Part shown: positions 13,956-25,152 of the stretch, one piece after another
How positions within the stretch are numbered: position 1 is the first letter of the stretch
How the letters are laid out: the number at the start of each line of letters is the position of its first letter
Origin: Anthoceros angustus
Taxonomy: Eukaryota > Plantae > Anthocerotophyta
Direction: 5' to 3'
Length of the DNA stretch: 64,000 nt
Assembly (NCBI GenBank): GCA_010909165.1
Contig: MU008161.1
Coordinates: 62,001 to 126,000, forward strand
Notes under the pieces: generated by a model
Seen by the model: only the letters and a program-made list of their open reading frames with translations
Database searches by the model: none
What the model was told of the DNA's origin: nothing
Translations under genes and position numbers: made by a program

Positions 13956-16900
13956 AATCGTCTATGGATGCCTATATGCCAAACATGCATGGATGCCATA
14001 TGTGCGCAGAATGGTGTGGTGGACAATCGCCGGTTCGTGTGTTTAGGCATGTGAATGCCACATGTACACATATAGGTGGTGGGCGAACTCCGAGTTTGTG
14101 CCCGGCATCGGCATGCATGGCACATGAGCCGGCATGCCCTAGGACTTGCCTCGCCTCCTCCTCTTCTCCTCTTGCCCCTCTTCCCCATCACCAGGTTACC
14201 TCACCGCCCTTCGGCCATCGTCACGAGTTCTGCTCACTTTGTCGCGGTTATCATTGTGCATGTGCGGTGACTGGTTGGCCTTCCTCGACCATGGTTTGGG
14301 ACGTTGACTTTGAGGATTTGGGTGCTCGCAAACAACGCCGCAAGGGCCGCGGATGTCCGTGCCCTGCGCCGCGGAAGGAGGATTGGGGGCCCATCGACGC
14401 TTTGCGCCCGTCGAGAGGGAGAGTCGAAGCCGGAAAATGGTCCACGAAGGGACTTGGCGCGGCGAGCCACGGATGGATGGAAGCACGGATGGTGGAAGCG
14501 GCAAGTGAGGTGGCGCGGTCGTGGAGAAAGCCGATTCCACAAGTGGAGGGTGGATGCCATGGCGTGGAGCGGGAAGCGGCGAGAGAGGTGGAGGTGCCGG
14601 AGGAACCATACAGGAGTGGAGTCCTGCAGAGGCGGGCATGCTCGTGGCGGCCGGAAGTGGAGTGGGTGTCTCCACAATGGGAGCTAACGCTTCACTTTCT
14701 GCAGGAGAGATTCCAAAGCGCCGGGAGGGATGCAGGCGGCATCCGGAGGGAACGAGGACATTGGCCTTAGTCTCGGAGCTTGAGGGTCTGTCCAACTTGA
14801 GGAGCATGGTGGTGGTGCACAAGAGGGTGACCACGGGCTGAGAGATGGCATACGTTTTGTGGACCTTCCTCGGTGGCGACGGACAACCCCAACAACGTGG
14901 CGGGGAGGGAGCCTTTGGAGGGGAGGAGACTCTGCTGGGAGTGGGCGTGCTGGTGGGCGGTTGCGGAGGAGGGCCAAGGAGCATGCCTATGATGGTGAGG
15001 AGGGCGGTGAGGAGGAGGACACCAGTGGCGAGGATGGGGAGGCGGGGAGCGAGGAGGAAGATGTGGAGATGGCGGATCGAGGTCGAGGAAGACATGCCGA
15101 CTACATTGCCAGACATGAAATTGGAGGTTGCACCGGCGTAAGCCATTAGACGATGTCATAGCCGTGTTGCAGCTACATGGGCGTGGTGGCGTGTACATGG
15201 GCGTGAGCCGGTTATGCGATGGAGGGTGGATAGAGAATGAGGAGGAGGATGAAGAGTCGTCCGATGAGGAAGGACGAGTGAGGAAGGCCTTCCACCGCGT
15301 GTGTTGGAGCTAGTGTGTGCAAAATGGAGTGATGTGCCATGGTCGAGCCACAGTTTGCGAGAAAGAGGCGGTGAGGAAGGTAGAGTATGAGTTTGCAAGT
15401 ATAGAGCCGAGGATATTGTGGCCAGTTTGCGGGTGCATCGCGACAAGGAACCACAATGTGGGCAAGAAGGTGCGCAAGCGCAATTCGTGGAGGAGAAGGG
15501 AAGGATGCAAAATGGTTGCATCCGCCTAATGTGAGCACGAAGGCATGGAGAAAGGGCTGCGAAGCCGTGGTGACGTTGCAGCATGGGGTGTGTGGCCAAC
15601 ACCACAAAGCCGCAACGTCGGCAAGAATTGCAAACGAGCATGGGACGATCCCTTTGGTCCAGAGGAGCAAAGGAGTTCGAAACGTATGTCCAACGGGAGG
15701 GAGCGCAACCTGGATGAGTTGAAGTGGGCAGCAAGGCATGGATTGGAGATGCCGAATCGAGTGGTAAAATAGTCGTTGACGGTTAATGGAATGCTTGGTT
15801 GTGATATGTAGGTTTCGCTATAGGGCGTGAGTGATGCGTGTGCATGATGCGAAGAAGGGAAGGGGAAAAGCGGTGGAAGGTGAAGGTCGTGAAGGAAGGC
15901 AGAACCCGGTGGAGAGAAGGAAGATGGAGGGAAGGTGCCAAACAGGGAGCGTCATCAAGTGATGCCGGAGGCAACGTGGATGGTGGGGATCCGGAGGTGT
16001 GATGGTGCCACCGACAAGGCGTATCACACGATCCGTGTCAAAAGCGTGAGTAGGGTGGCAAATCGAGAGATTGAATGCTATTCGCTTTGCGTAATTGTGG
16101 AAGTGGTGATTTGGCAGCCTATGGGGCCAGGAGTGAAGGGGCTAGCCATTGAGGCTAGTGGGTCGAATGCCGCCACGTAAGGTGGACCACACCAGGGGCG
16201 AGCAGGTCGAGAAGAGGGTCAAGCAAAGACAACGGTGTTGAAGCAAGAGGAGTCTGAGTCGGACGGTGGCGAAGGGGTGTAGGCGCAAGTGACATAGGAA
16301 TGGTTGGTACCGATCTATGGGTAGGGGCCGTTTGTGGAGGGGAATGTAAATGGTCGAGATGTTTTCCTGCGGACGATGGAGTCGCCGTGCATGGGTGGAC
16401 CGGTGATGGTCAATTAGCAACAAACAAGAGGGAATTGGTCGCCCACCTTTGTAGCCTAGCATTGACATAGCCGTCTGTGAAAGTGGTTATAGAGGTCATT
16501 TGGATAGGTGTAGGAAGATGTGGAGGAACCACAAAACCATTGGTGTTGGTCCAAGAGTCACCAAGTGACGTCGCGTCGCTTCCGTGAGGCACATGTTGGT
16601 GGTGCACGGGCATATGCCCATATCACGTGGAGTTCGTATTGCATCGGTGGAAACAAAATGCAAGGGATAGAGGACGATTGAAGTGTCCAAAAATTTGATT
16701 TAAATTGTCAATAAAATCAAACACTTAGATATGTAAGGTATGAGAGTGACGTAAGGGTTAGCACATATATATTATTATATAAACAAGTCTTGATGCCTAT
16801 ATATACGTATCGTATACAAAGAGGATGTAAATACTAATATAATATATAACGAGATGGATGTGTACATATAAGCGTACACATACTTATGTCTTGAAGCCTA

Positions 16901-19417
16901 CAAACATATATATGTATATTGAGTATATGCAAAGGAGGTAAAAGGAAGGGAAGGGCCAAGAGAGAGGTCATTGTAACAAGCAAGTTGAAAGAGGAATAGT
17001 GGAAGAGTATAAAATGGTGATAGGGGAGGTCCTTCACACATGAAGGAGGAGGAGAAGTGAAAGAGTATAAAAGGGTGTGATAAGGGGGCAATAAATAGGA
17101 GGGTGAGGTGAGAGGAGAGAGACCAAGTATTGTGTTAAGATGGGGTGAGAAGGATAAGAAAAGGACACCTTGAACACCAAGCCACCATAAAGTGTTGCAA
17201 TTTTGAAGTGGTACATGAAGTGAGAGACCAAGCATTGTGTTAGGATGGTGGGAGAAGGAAGAGAAAGAATGGACCAACCCACCAAGCCATCAAACCATCT
17301 TGGAAGTTGGAAGTGGTACATAAAATTGCAACACTAATAGGCGGTGGGAAATTATTAACAATGCTTGTGAGAGAGGGTGTACCCGGAAGGGAGGTGGGAA
17401 GAGAGTGCCGAGGTTCGTGTTAAGATGCGCAAGCAGGGGCAGAACTAACAAACTTAATACCAACCCTCCAAAACATGTTGCAATGTGGAAGTGTAACAAA
17501 AAAATTGCAACATCAACATAACATAGGGTGCCCTTTTTCTAGTAGGGTGTGCAGGACAACAAGAGAAGATGCTCAAGGAAAAGTTGAGGGATTGGAGGCG
17601 AGAAAAGCGTGCCAGAGGATCGCAGTGGTGCGAGGAGGCTGAAGCAGACACAGGGCAGGTGAGGCCATGTCCACCAGGAGGCCCTAGTGAATCAAGTAAA
17701 AGGCGCATGCTACGATTGAGAGCTCCAGAATGAAGTTTCGCGAGTCCAAGAACAGGTGGAGACGCGCGCTCTGAGAAGTTCAAGCTGCGAGAGATATAAG
17801 CGGGAGAGTGAGAGGGTAAGGACCCACTGTGGCGGAAGGGCATATTATCTTTGCGTCTGGATGAGATGCTCATGTCCCCTCACTGCATGGTGAGTGCTCA
17901 CTCTAAATATGTGTATGGTTGCTGGGGATGGAGGCGGGCTAACCACGGTGCACATCTTAACCGCCACGGGTGTCTACCAAGTGGTTCCTTGAGCAGCTGG
18001 GCATACCCTCCGTAAGTTGTGCTTGAGGAGATGAGCGGCGGAGGCGGGCGTGGAGGGAGGAACATGCTGTGTGGGCTGTCAGTGAGGAGGAGGCGAGACA
18101 ACATGCATGGAGGCGGTGTGACCTCTAGAAAGGGTGAAGGAACCTTGCAGCGAGTGAGGTGGAGATTTTGGGGAGAACTGCCGTTAGGATCGGGCGTGGT
18201 AGGAGGCTAGGAACACCCATGGGCCGCATGGGGCTAGGCAAGAATCGGGAGGCGTGGCCGATTTTAGAGGGAAGCGGCATCATAGGCCAGGGGCTTTTTC
18301 TGGATTAGGGGGATAAGGTGTTTTAAGGGCCTATGGAGCTGTAGTTACCTAAATTGGTAGGTGCGCTCGTGGTAGTTAGCCAAATTTTTAGACACTGGAG
18401 AGGAATGAGTTGTGGTGATCCGCAGCTGGATGTATAAGAGACCCTTTTGTGTCTCTCTTGATAGACAATTTCAGGTGTGAGCTTCCGTGTATCGAATCTG
18501 CGCGTGGGGTTGATTGGAGACGTCCATCTACCACAAAACCGATTCGGTGCACCGCCCTCTCGTCACAAGAGGGCCATGGAGATCCTTGGGTGGTTGAGAG
18601 CTGAGTGACCAAGCTCCGCATCTGGGGTGGCTAGCGGGGATGGGCGCTTCTAACGCCGGAGGAGGGGAATTCAAGACAGCCAGGCGAGATTGCGGTACAG
18701 ACAAATTCTCTTGTTAAAGATTTTCCCGCCTTCTTTCCCAATCCGACTAAATTGTGTTTAACTCTATGAGAGGAGTCATGTGGCCCGAGTGCAGTAGGGG
18801 GTCTGTGTGGCCTGAGGAGAAAACGTGAGAGCTGTGTGTGGTGGTATTTGAAGGTTTAGGAAGGAAAAGTGGGAATGAGCAAATCGGTGTGAGTGGGCGC
18901 AGCGGCCGAGGTAGGCGTCTGGTGAGTTTTTTGAGGGGGCGGAGGGGGTGTGGATACTGGAGGTGACCCTAGGTAGTGAGCGAATACTGCGAGACTACAA
19001 CCCTTAGGATCACGCCGGAGGAACCGAGTGTCAGATAGTTAGACGGGGCGCGGGTGTGCGCAGGGTAAGCGGGTCCCACCGCAGTGGTTGAGTCCGCCAC
19101 TGCAGTGGCTGAGTCTCCCATAGCGGTGGCCGAACTCACCACGGTGGTGGGTTCGGACGCGGTAGTGGGTTGCGGTTGGGTAGGACTAACCATAGTAGGG
19201 CTAGAATCCATAGGTTTGGAACATCTTGACACAAAACCACTCCCTTAGGATTGAATCCTAGGACTATAACGACATAGAGGATAAATGTGGCCTCATTGTG
19301 TCTCCGGACGCAAAATATCATTCCACAGCTGGCCAAAATAAGGACATGCGAATCGAACCATAGACCATGCCCACTTAGCCCTTTTATCAAAGCATACCTT
19401 AGCAGATGGGCGCGGGC

Positions 19418-19672
19418 ATGCCAGCGTCCTTAAAATCAACAAAGTTGGTTGCCCATGCGCCAATGCCAGCGTCCTTAAAATCAACAAAGTTGGTTGCCCA
19501 TGTGCCCATGATAGCGTCCTTAAAATCAACAAAGTTGGTTGCCCATGCGCCTATGCCAACGTCCTTAAAATCAACAAAGTTGGTTTCCCATGTGCCCATG
19601 CTAGCGTCCTTAAAATCAACAAAGTTGGTTGCCCATGCGCCTATGCCAACGTCCTTAAAATCAAGGAAGTTA
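19418..19672. repeat. 45-bp minisatellite, about 5.7 copies, with a 90-bp higher-order dimer
   Basis: Unit of the type ATGCCAGCGTCCTTAAAATCAACAAAGTTGGTTGCCCATGYGCCH. Unit ends alternate between GCGCC(A/T) and GTGCCC. Confidence 0.95.
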
Positions 19673-19798
19673 GTATATGAAAATGCTAGAGTTTTTGAAC
19701 TCATAACCTATTTGCTTCTAAACTTCTTTCCAACCGAAGCAGCTATCCCAAGCTATAAAAACCTTGAAGTGCTAATTATTTTTTTTTTTCAAAATCAG

Positions 19799-19926
19799 CC
19801 CATGAGGAGGATATGCATGGGAAGGGCGTCGACCGGCCGGCACCCATGGGGAGGGCATGCATGGAGAGGGCGCTGGCCGGCCGACACCCATGAGCAGGGT
19901 GTGCTGGGGAAGGGTGCCGGCCGGCC
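19799..19926. repeat. 44-bp GC-rich tandem repeat, about 3 copies
   Basis: CCCATG...AGGG...GCCGGCCG/ACCGGCCG repeated three times. Confidence 0.8.
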
Positions 19927-20239
19927 AGCGTTCTCTTTCTGGATGCGTATTTTGAAACTCTTCTCTCATGCCATGGTTGCACCCATTTTCCAAAAAATCT
20001 ATGAATCCATTTTCATTCATTCATTCATACTGTACTATGTGCAACTTCATTCTCGAAGAATATATGAGCAGGTTCAGGTACCCGCCAAAACGTGGAGCAT
20101 AACATTACTTTGAGACTACCGTGTGGATAGACGCGTGATGGGACAAAACTTTTGGGACCCTGGTTTTGAGGGGAACTAGTCCCACTTACTCCGTATGTTT
20201 AAAAATGTTTTAAGGCAACGGCTCCTGCTTTGGCTAACT

Positions 20240-22090
20240 TATATGCTACGATTAAGGAGCTCCAGAATAAGGTCTCGCGAGTCGAGCGGTGGAGAATGCG
20301 CCCTGGAGAAATTCAAGCTGGGAGATATAAGGAGAGAGATGAGGCTAGGGCCGAGTCAAGAGAGAGGGCAAACCAAGAAGGGGCGAGCAATAGCCACCGC
20401 AGAGTGGCAAGCAACCACCTGGGAAGCAACTACCACGGCTAAAGCCACCGTCAGAGGAGGCTGAGGTGGGGGGAGCCACCGGATAGGGAGCTGGGTGGGA
20501 TACAGCTCCCCTGGAACCCCGGAAGCAGCCGGCCCAGGATTGTCCACGGGTGGAGAGGGTAAGGACCTCAGCGAAGGCGTATTGTCTCAGGCGTCTAGAT
20601 GAGGATGCTCATGTCCCTGGCCTCTGCCTGCATGGTGAGCGGGTGCTCACTCTAAATGTGTATGTGGTTGTTGGGACAAGAGGGGCGTAAACTTCGGGCA
20701 CATCTTAATCGCCACGCGCTACTAAAGGGTTCCTTGAGCGGAGTGGGCCTACCCCCGCAGTGGTGCTTGAGGAGATGAGCAAGGCGGAGGCCAGAGCGTG
20801 GAGGAGGGCGCCGCAGTGTGGCTGTCCCGATGAGGAGGCGGGACAACAGTATAGAGGCCATAGACGCGCGGATCACGAAGATGCCGCGGGCAGCGAGAGT
20901 GAGGTGGAGGTTTTGGGGAGAATTTCGTTCGGATGGGCGGGCGGTGAGAGCGAGGAACCCCCATGGGCCGGTAGGCTGGCAAAGAATCAAGGGAGGTGGT
21001 CATACCGATTTTGAGGGGAGCGACATCATAGGCCGGAGGTTTCTTGGGTTAGGGATAGGATGTTTTGAGGTTCGCGGAGTAGTTGCACCGATTGGTAGGG
21101 GCGCTCGTGGGCTGGGCATATTTTCTAGAACTGGAGGAGTGAGTTGTGGTGATCCGTAAGGATGTATAAGAGACCCTTTTGTGTCTCTCTTAATGCATAC
21201 GGTGTGAACTCCGCATCGAATGCACGAGGTTGGTTGAGCGTGTGATCAACAACGGACCGGATTTGGGCACCGCCTCTCGCTACAAGAAGGCGGGAGATCC
21301 TGGGTGGTCGAGCGGAGTGGCCAAGCTCCACGCTTTGGGGGCGAACTGTGAGGGATGCCTGCATGCTGTGAAGGCGGTGAATTTCGGAAGGTGGGTGAGA
21401 CTGTCCCGAATCGCGGACCGACCAAGAGTTTTTTTCGCCTCTTCTTCCCAAACCGGGCCCAGCCGGGCGTGTTCATCCCATGAAGGAGGGTGCAGGCCCG
21501 AGTTGAGGTCCAGGGCCCGAGAGAGAGAGGGGTTTTATTTGTGGTGGGTGAGAGTGCCTTGACAGTGTGGATGAGTGTGTCGTAGGAGGGTGCGGAGTGT
21601 TTGGAAACGACAACGAAGGAAAAGGTGAGGTGAATTGTGAAATCAGAGCTTGCCGGGATCAGTGAGGCACCGCGTGCGCCACATAGTATATAACCACCGT
21701 GGAGTTTGCGACACCCCCGAGTGTGACTTAGAGCATGAAAGCGAACCTGTGTGAGCCAACCTGTGTGTGAGTGACCATAACCCTTAAGGACCACGCCAGA
21801 GGAACGGAGCTGGCAGATTTGAAGTGCATGCGCTGCTAGGGTGGTGGGTCCCGCCACAGTTGGTTGAATCAGATGCGTGGTCAACCCAGCCATGGTGTAA
21901 ACTACTACTATGGTGGGTTCAAGATGATAGTTGGTTATGGCTGAGTAAGGATTGATTGTAGTAGGACTAGAATCCATAGTTGGAACATCTTGACACAAAA
22001 CCAATCCCTTGGGATCGAATCCTAGGACTATAACAACATAGAGGGTAAATGTGGCCTCCTTGCGTCTTTGGACGCAAAAACCCATTCCAC
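20240..22090 (+). repeat. Diverged copy of 17700-19327
   Basis: Shared blocks such as ATGCTACGATT..GAGCTCCAGAAT, GATGTATAAGAGACCCTTTTGTGTCTCTCTT and GGAACATCTTGACACAAAACCA, plus the ATTCCACA end. Confidence 0.85.
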
Positions 22091-23974
22091 AGATGTATGT
22101 GGACATGTTTAGACGGATGATGTGTCATGGCGCATGTAATCTATGTACATGATTATGTGTGTAAGGCACGGTGCTATGATGCATATATAGACAGCGGATC
22201 TATATTAGAAAATACATAAAAATCGTAAACCAAGGAAAAGGGCGAATAGGTGGTTGAGCACATAAATATTATTGTTTATTCAAGGCCAAAGGAGTAGGAT
22301 TATAATAGACCTAAAGTGCCTCCATCGCCGAGGAGGCACTTCATCGAGATTCACAGGGGTTTTTGCCTATATATGGGTCACCAGCCATGGATTCTTGGAT
22401 TGTAGATGTTTGTCCGAATGGAAAGGCAGCCATATCTACAACTTGTCTTATTTCTCTTGTGACCTTTGAAACGCACTATCAAGTGGGCCCGGGCAACCAA
22501 CTTGATCAATTGTCATACGGGCTGAAGGCCTCCTTTGCCTTGTCTTGGCCAAGGGGAACTTTGAAATCCTTCGCCAAATGCCAGGACGAATTCATGCCGG
22601 CAGAAGTGATTCTTGTGGCGCTACTTGATGGCCAGCGGCACTCCGTGTCGTAGTAAGGGGTCCGCCCCAAGAGAATGATAGGCTCGCTTTCACGCTTTCA
22701 ATCGTTTCTCACCTCACTTAGGTAACTGCTCGGGCCTCAACACACACATTCAATGCTTTCGCTAACCACCCACAAGTTCACCGGTGGCCCGGCGGCTCCA
22801 GACGTTGGACCGTCAAGTCCGTGTCGTTTCGTACCGTCCTCTCTGCCTCACCACCTTACTACACTCATCGTCTTTGGGAAGCGCGGGTGGCTACGTCGAT
22901 GGGACCTCCTCCGCCGCTCCACTTGGGCCTCTCCGCCCGGCTCTGCCGCCCGAGTTCCTCGGCTCCACGTTCCGGGTCCGACGTCCGGGCTTGCTCGACG
23001 AGCAAGGGTCCCTAGTCGCTCTTCCCCGCACACACCACCACCCGTTAGGTCCGCCACTTGACTTGATCTCGGGCCATCGTGCACTGCCATGACTCGGGAC
23101 TCACGTTAGCAAGAAGGCGCAGGGTGCAAAGGCGCAGATCAACACCAAGAGAAAGATACTTTACCGACCTTGCCCTCTTATACTCGCCAAGGCCTGCCTT
23201 TATTACATATAGCCGATGGCCCCAGCGTGCCTGCCTACCGCCTCTACTATTTCCCTTATTCCCCATCTCGCATTTGGGCAGAGTGGGGTTGCCCTGATTC
23301 CGCCTTCCGGCTGGTGGCCCAATTCCTCGCCTGATGAAGGCGCGCAATCGGATGATCGCGAGGCGACCCCTTTCCTTCAATCACATCGGAGTTGGGCTAC
23401 CGGAAGGTCCGACTCCACCAGCCACCAAGACGCCTTCCTCCTCCCCGAGTGGGTCCCCTCCCAGAGGGGCCACCAACCGTTGCTCTGGCAGCCTGAGGGC
23501 TCCTCGCCTCAGGTCCGGACCCGGGTCCGTCTCGACCAGTCGGACCAGGTCTTCTTCTGAGTCCGGACCTGTGGTCCGGCTCGCCTGGGTCCGCTCTCGA
23601 CCCGGCCCGGATCTAAGGGGTCGGTCTTGACACTAGAGTCTGGACCTCGAGTCGAGACTTTAGGAGGCGACAGGTCCGGACCAGCAGTTTCCCTGGACTT
23701 GGTGCTCGTGAAGGCGCGGCGCGGGAGGCCAGGTCGCGGGCGAGTCGCAGATCACCCCTACCTCACATATATAGACTTTCTCGTGGATATTCCAAGTCCA
23801 AGGGCCAAGGAACATCGAGTCCACAGACCATTTATTATCTATCCTAAGAAACAAAAAAAAACCCATAGGCCAAGGACATTTTTAATATAAATACCCCCTC
23901 CTACTGTCAACCTAACTTATTTTAACACCACTCTTAACCAAAAACAAAAAAAAAAATCACTCCAGGACACATTT

Positions 23975-25095
23975 CAACAGGGAGTTTCCAATACCAGATC
24001 GTTTACACATAGCCAGAAACTAACTTCCTGCTGTTCGCATCTCCTGCATAGTCTGAATATGTGAAAACTTCAAGGTCTAATGGCTTTCCTTTCAGGTGCT
24101 GATACTTAATACCCATGTTAGATGTGCCCTTAAGATATCTAAACGCTCGCTTGAGACTTGTCGAGTGCTCTTGACCTGGATTTTCCAGGAACTAAGATAA
24201 TACACTGGTTGTGAAGGCGATCTCCATCCTCGTAGTTTGGATGCATAGATAAGCTTGCCAACACCTTGCCGGTAAGGGACACCAATCATCTGGTCCTTTT
24301 CTACTTGTGTAGATGGGGACATACTCATCGAGTTTCAACTCATAAGTGGTGTAGCACAGGGCTTTGTCCCTTACGACAAGTTGTTTCTACACTATCCGTG
24401 AGGTACTCGTGAGCAGTCATAACCCGAGCCTTTGCCTCTATATGTGGATACCGAGACAGCTCTGTAAGGGTCCAAGGCTTGACATTTTAAATCTCCTTGC
24501 AAGCATATCTGTAATCCTTGTAATGAATATACGCTGTTTGGCGGGGATCAAGTCATCAACGTATACACGCTGTAACAAATCACATCGCCTTTCTTGTAGA
24601 TATAAAGGCTACCATGTGCTACGCTTTTAGTGAAACCTAAAGCTAGAAGTTTAGAATCCAGCTCTACGTTCCATTTCATTGCTGACTGTTTGAAACCATA
24701 TAGGCAATTAACTGCACACATGGTCCTCTTTGATTTAATCATATCCGGAGGTTGTTGCATGTATATCTGTATCAAGCTTTCCATGGGTGAAAGCTTTTTA
24801 TCATACATTTGCAATTCATAATCATGATGTGTCGATATTGCGAGGATGACACGAAGTGTGGCTAGCTTCACTATTGGAGCAAAGGTCTCGAGATAATCAA
24901 GTCCAGGGACTTGTGAAAAACCTCGTGCTACTAGCCCCGGCTTTGCACTGTAAAGGTACCGTCACTTTCGCTTGAACACCCACTTAAATGACACCATTTT
25001 TCTGCCAGGAGGTAACTTAGCTATCTCCGATGTGCCATTTTCTATTAGTGAATTGTATTCTGACTGTATGGCTTTCTCCCACTCCTCAGGATCGC
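23975..25095 (-). mobile_element. Ty1/copia reverse transcriptase fragment running into the start of RNase H, frameshifted
   Basis: EEWEKAIQSEYNSLIENG, KWVFKRK, LVARGFSQVPGLDYLETFAP, IYMQQP, LYGFKQSAMKWN, VYVDDL, PYRQGVGKLIY, YSDYAGD..SRK.VSGY. Confidence 0.9.
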
Positions 25096-25152
25096 CGTCA
25101 TGTGGTCCGCAATGGCCGCATGTCGCATGCTGACCGCTTTCAATCTGCTAAT

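Larger units (their letters stand above)
4152..17547 (-). mobile_element. Full-length CACTA/En-Spm DNA transposon with CCCTA termini
   Basis: Left TIR CCCTACTAGAAAAGGGCACCCTATGTTA starts at 4152. Right end TAACATAGGGTGCCCTTTTTCTAGTAGGG ends at 17547. 3-bp TSD TGT at 4149-4151 and 17548-17550. Subterminal GTTGCAA/TTGCAAC and GTAACAC motif arrays at both ends. Internal TnpD motifs. Confidence 0.93.
2307..19327 (+). mobile_element. Degenerate repeat element split by the CACTA insertion (2307-4151 plus 17551-19327)
   Basis: The sequence rejoins across the TGT TSD. 17700-19327 has a diverged copy at ~20240-22090, and both end in ATTCCACA. Confidence 0.4.

Noticed and set aside
19418-19672. CRISPR-like array or 235-aa repeat protein
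   Set aside because: There are no unique spacers and no cas genes, and the context is eukaryotic. The ORF is a by-product of the 45-bp period.
22680-23960. GC-rich segment with CCGGAC repeats and an A-rich end (SINE/LINE tail?)
   Set aside because: No coding motif, Pol III boxes or TSD could be supported.
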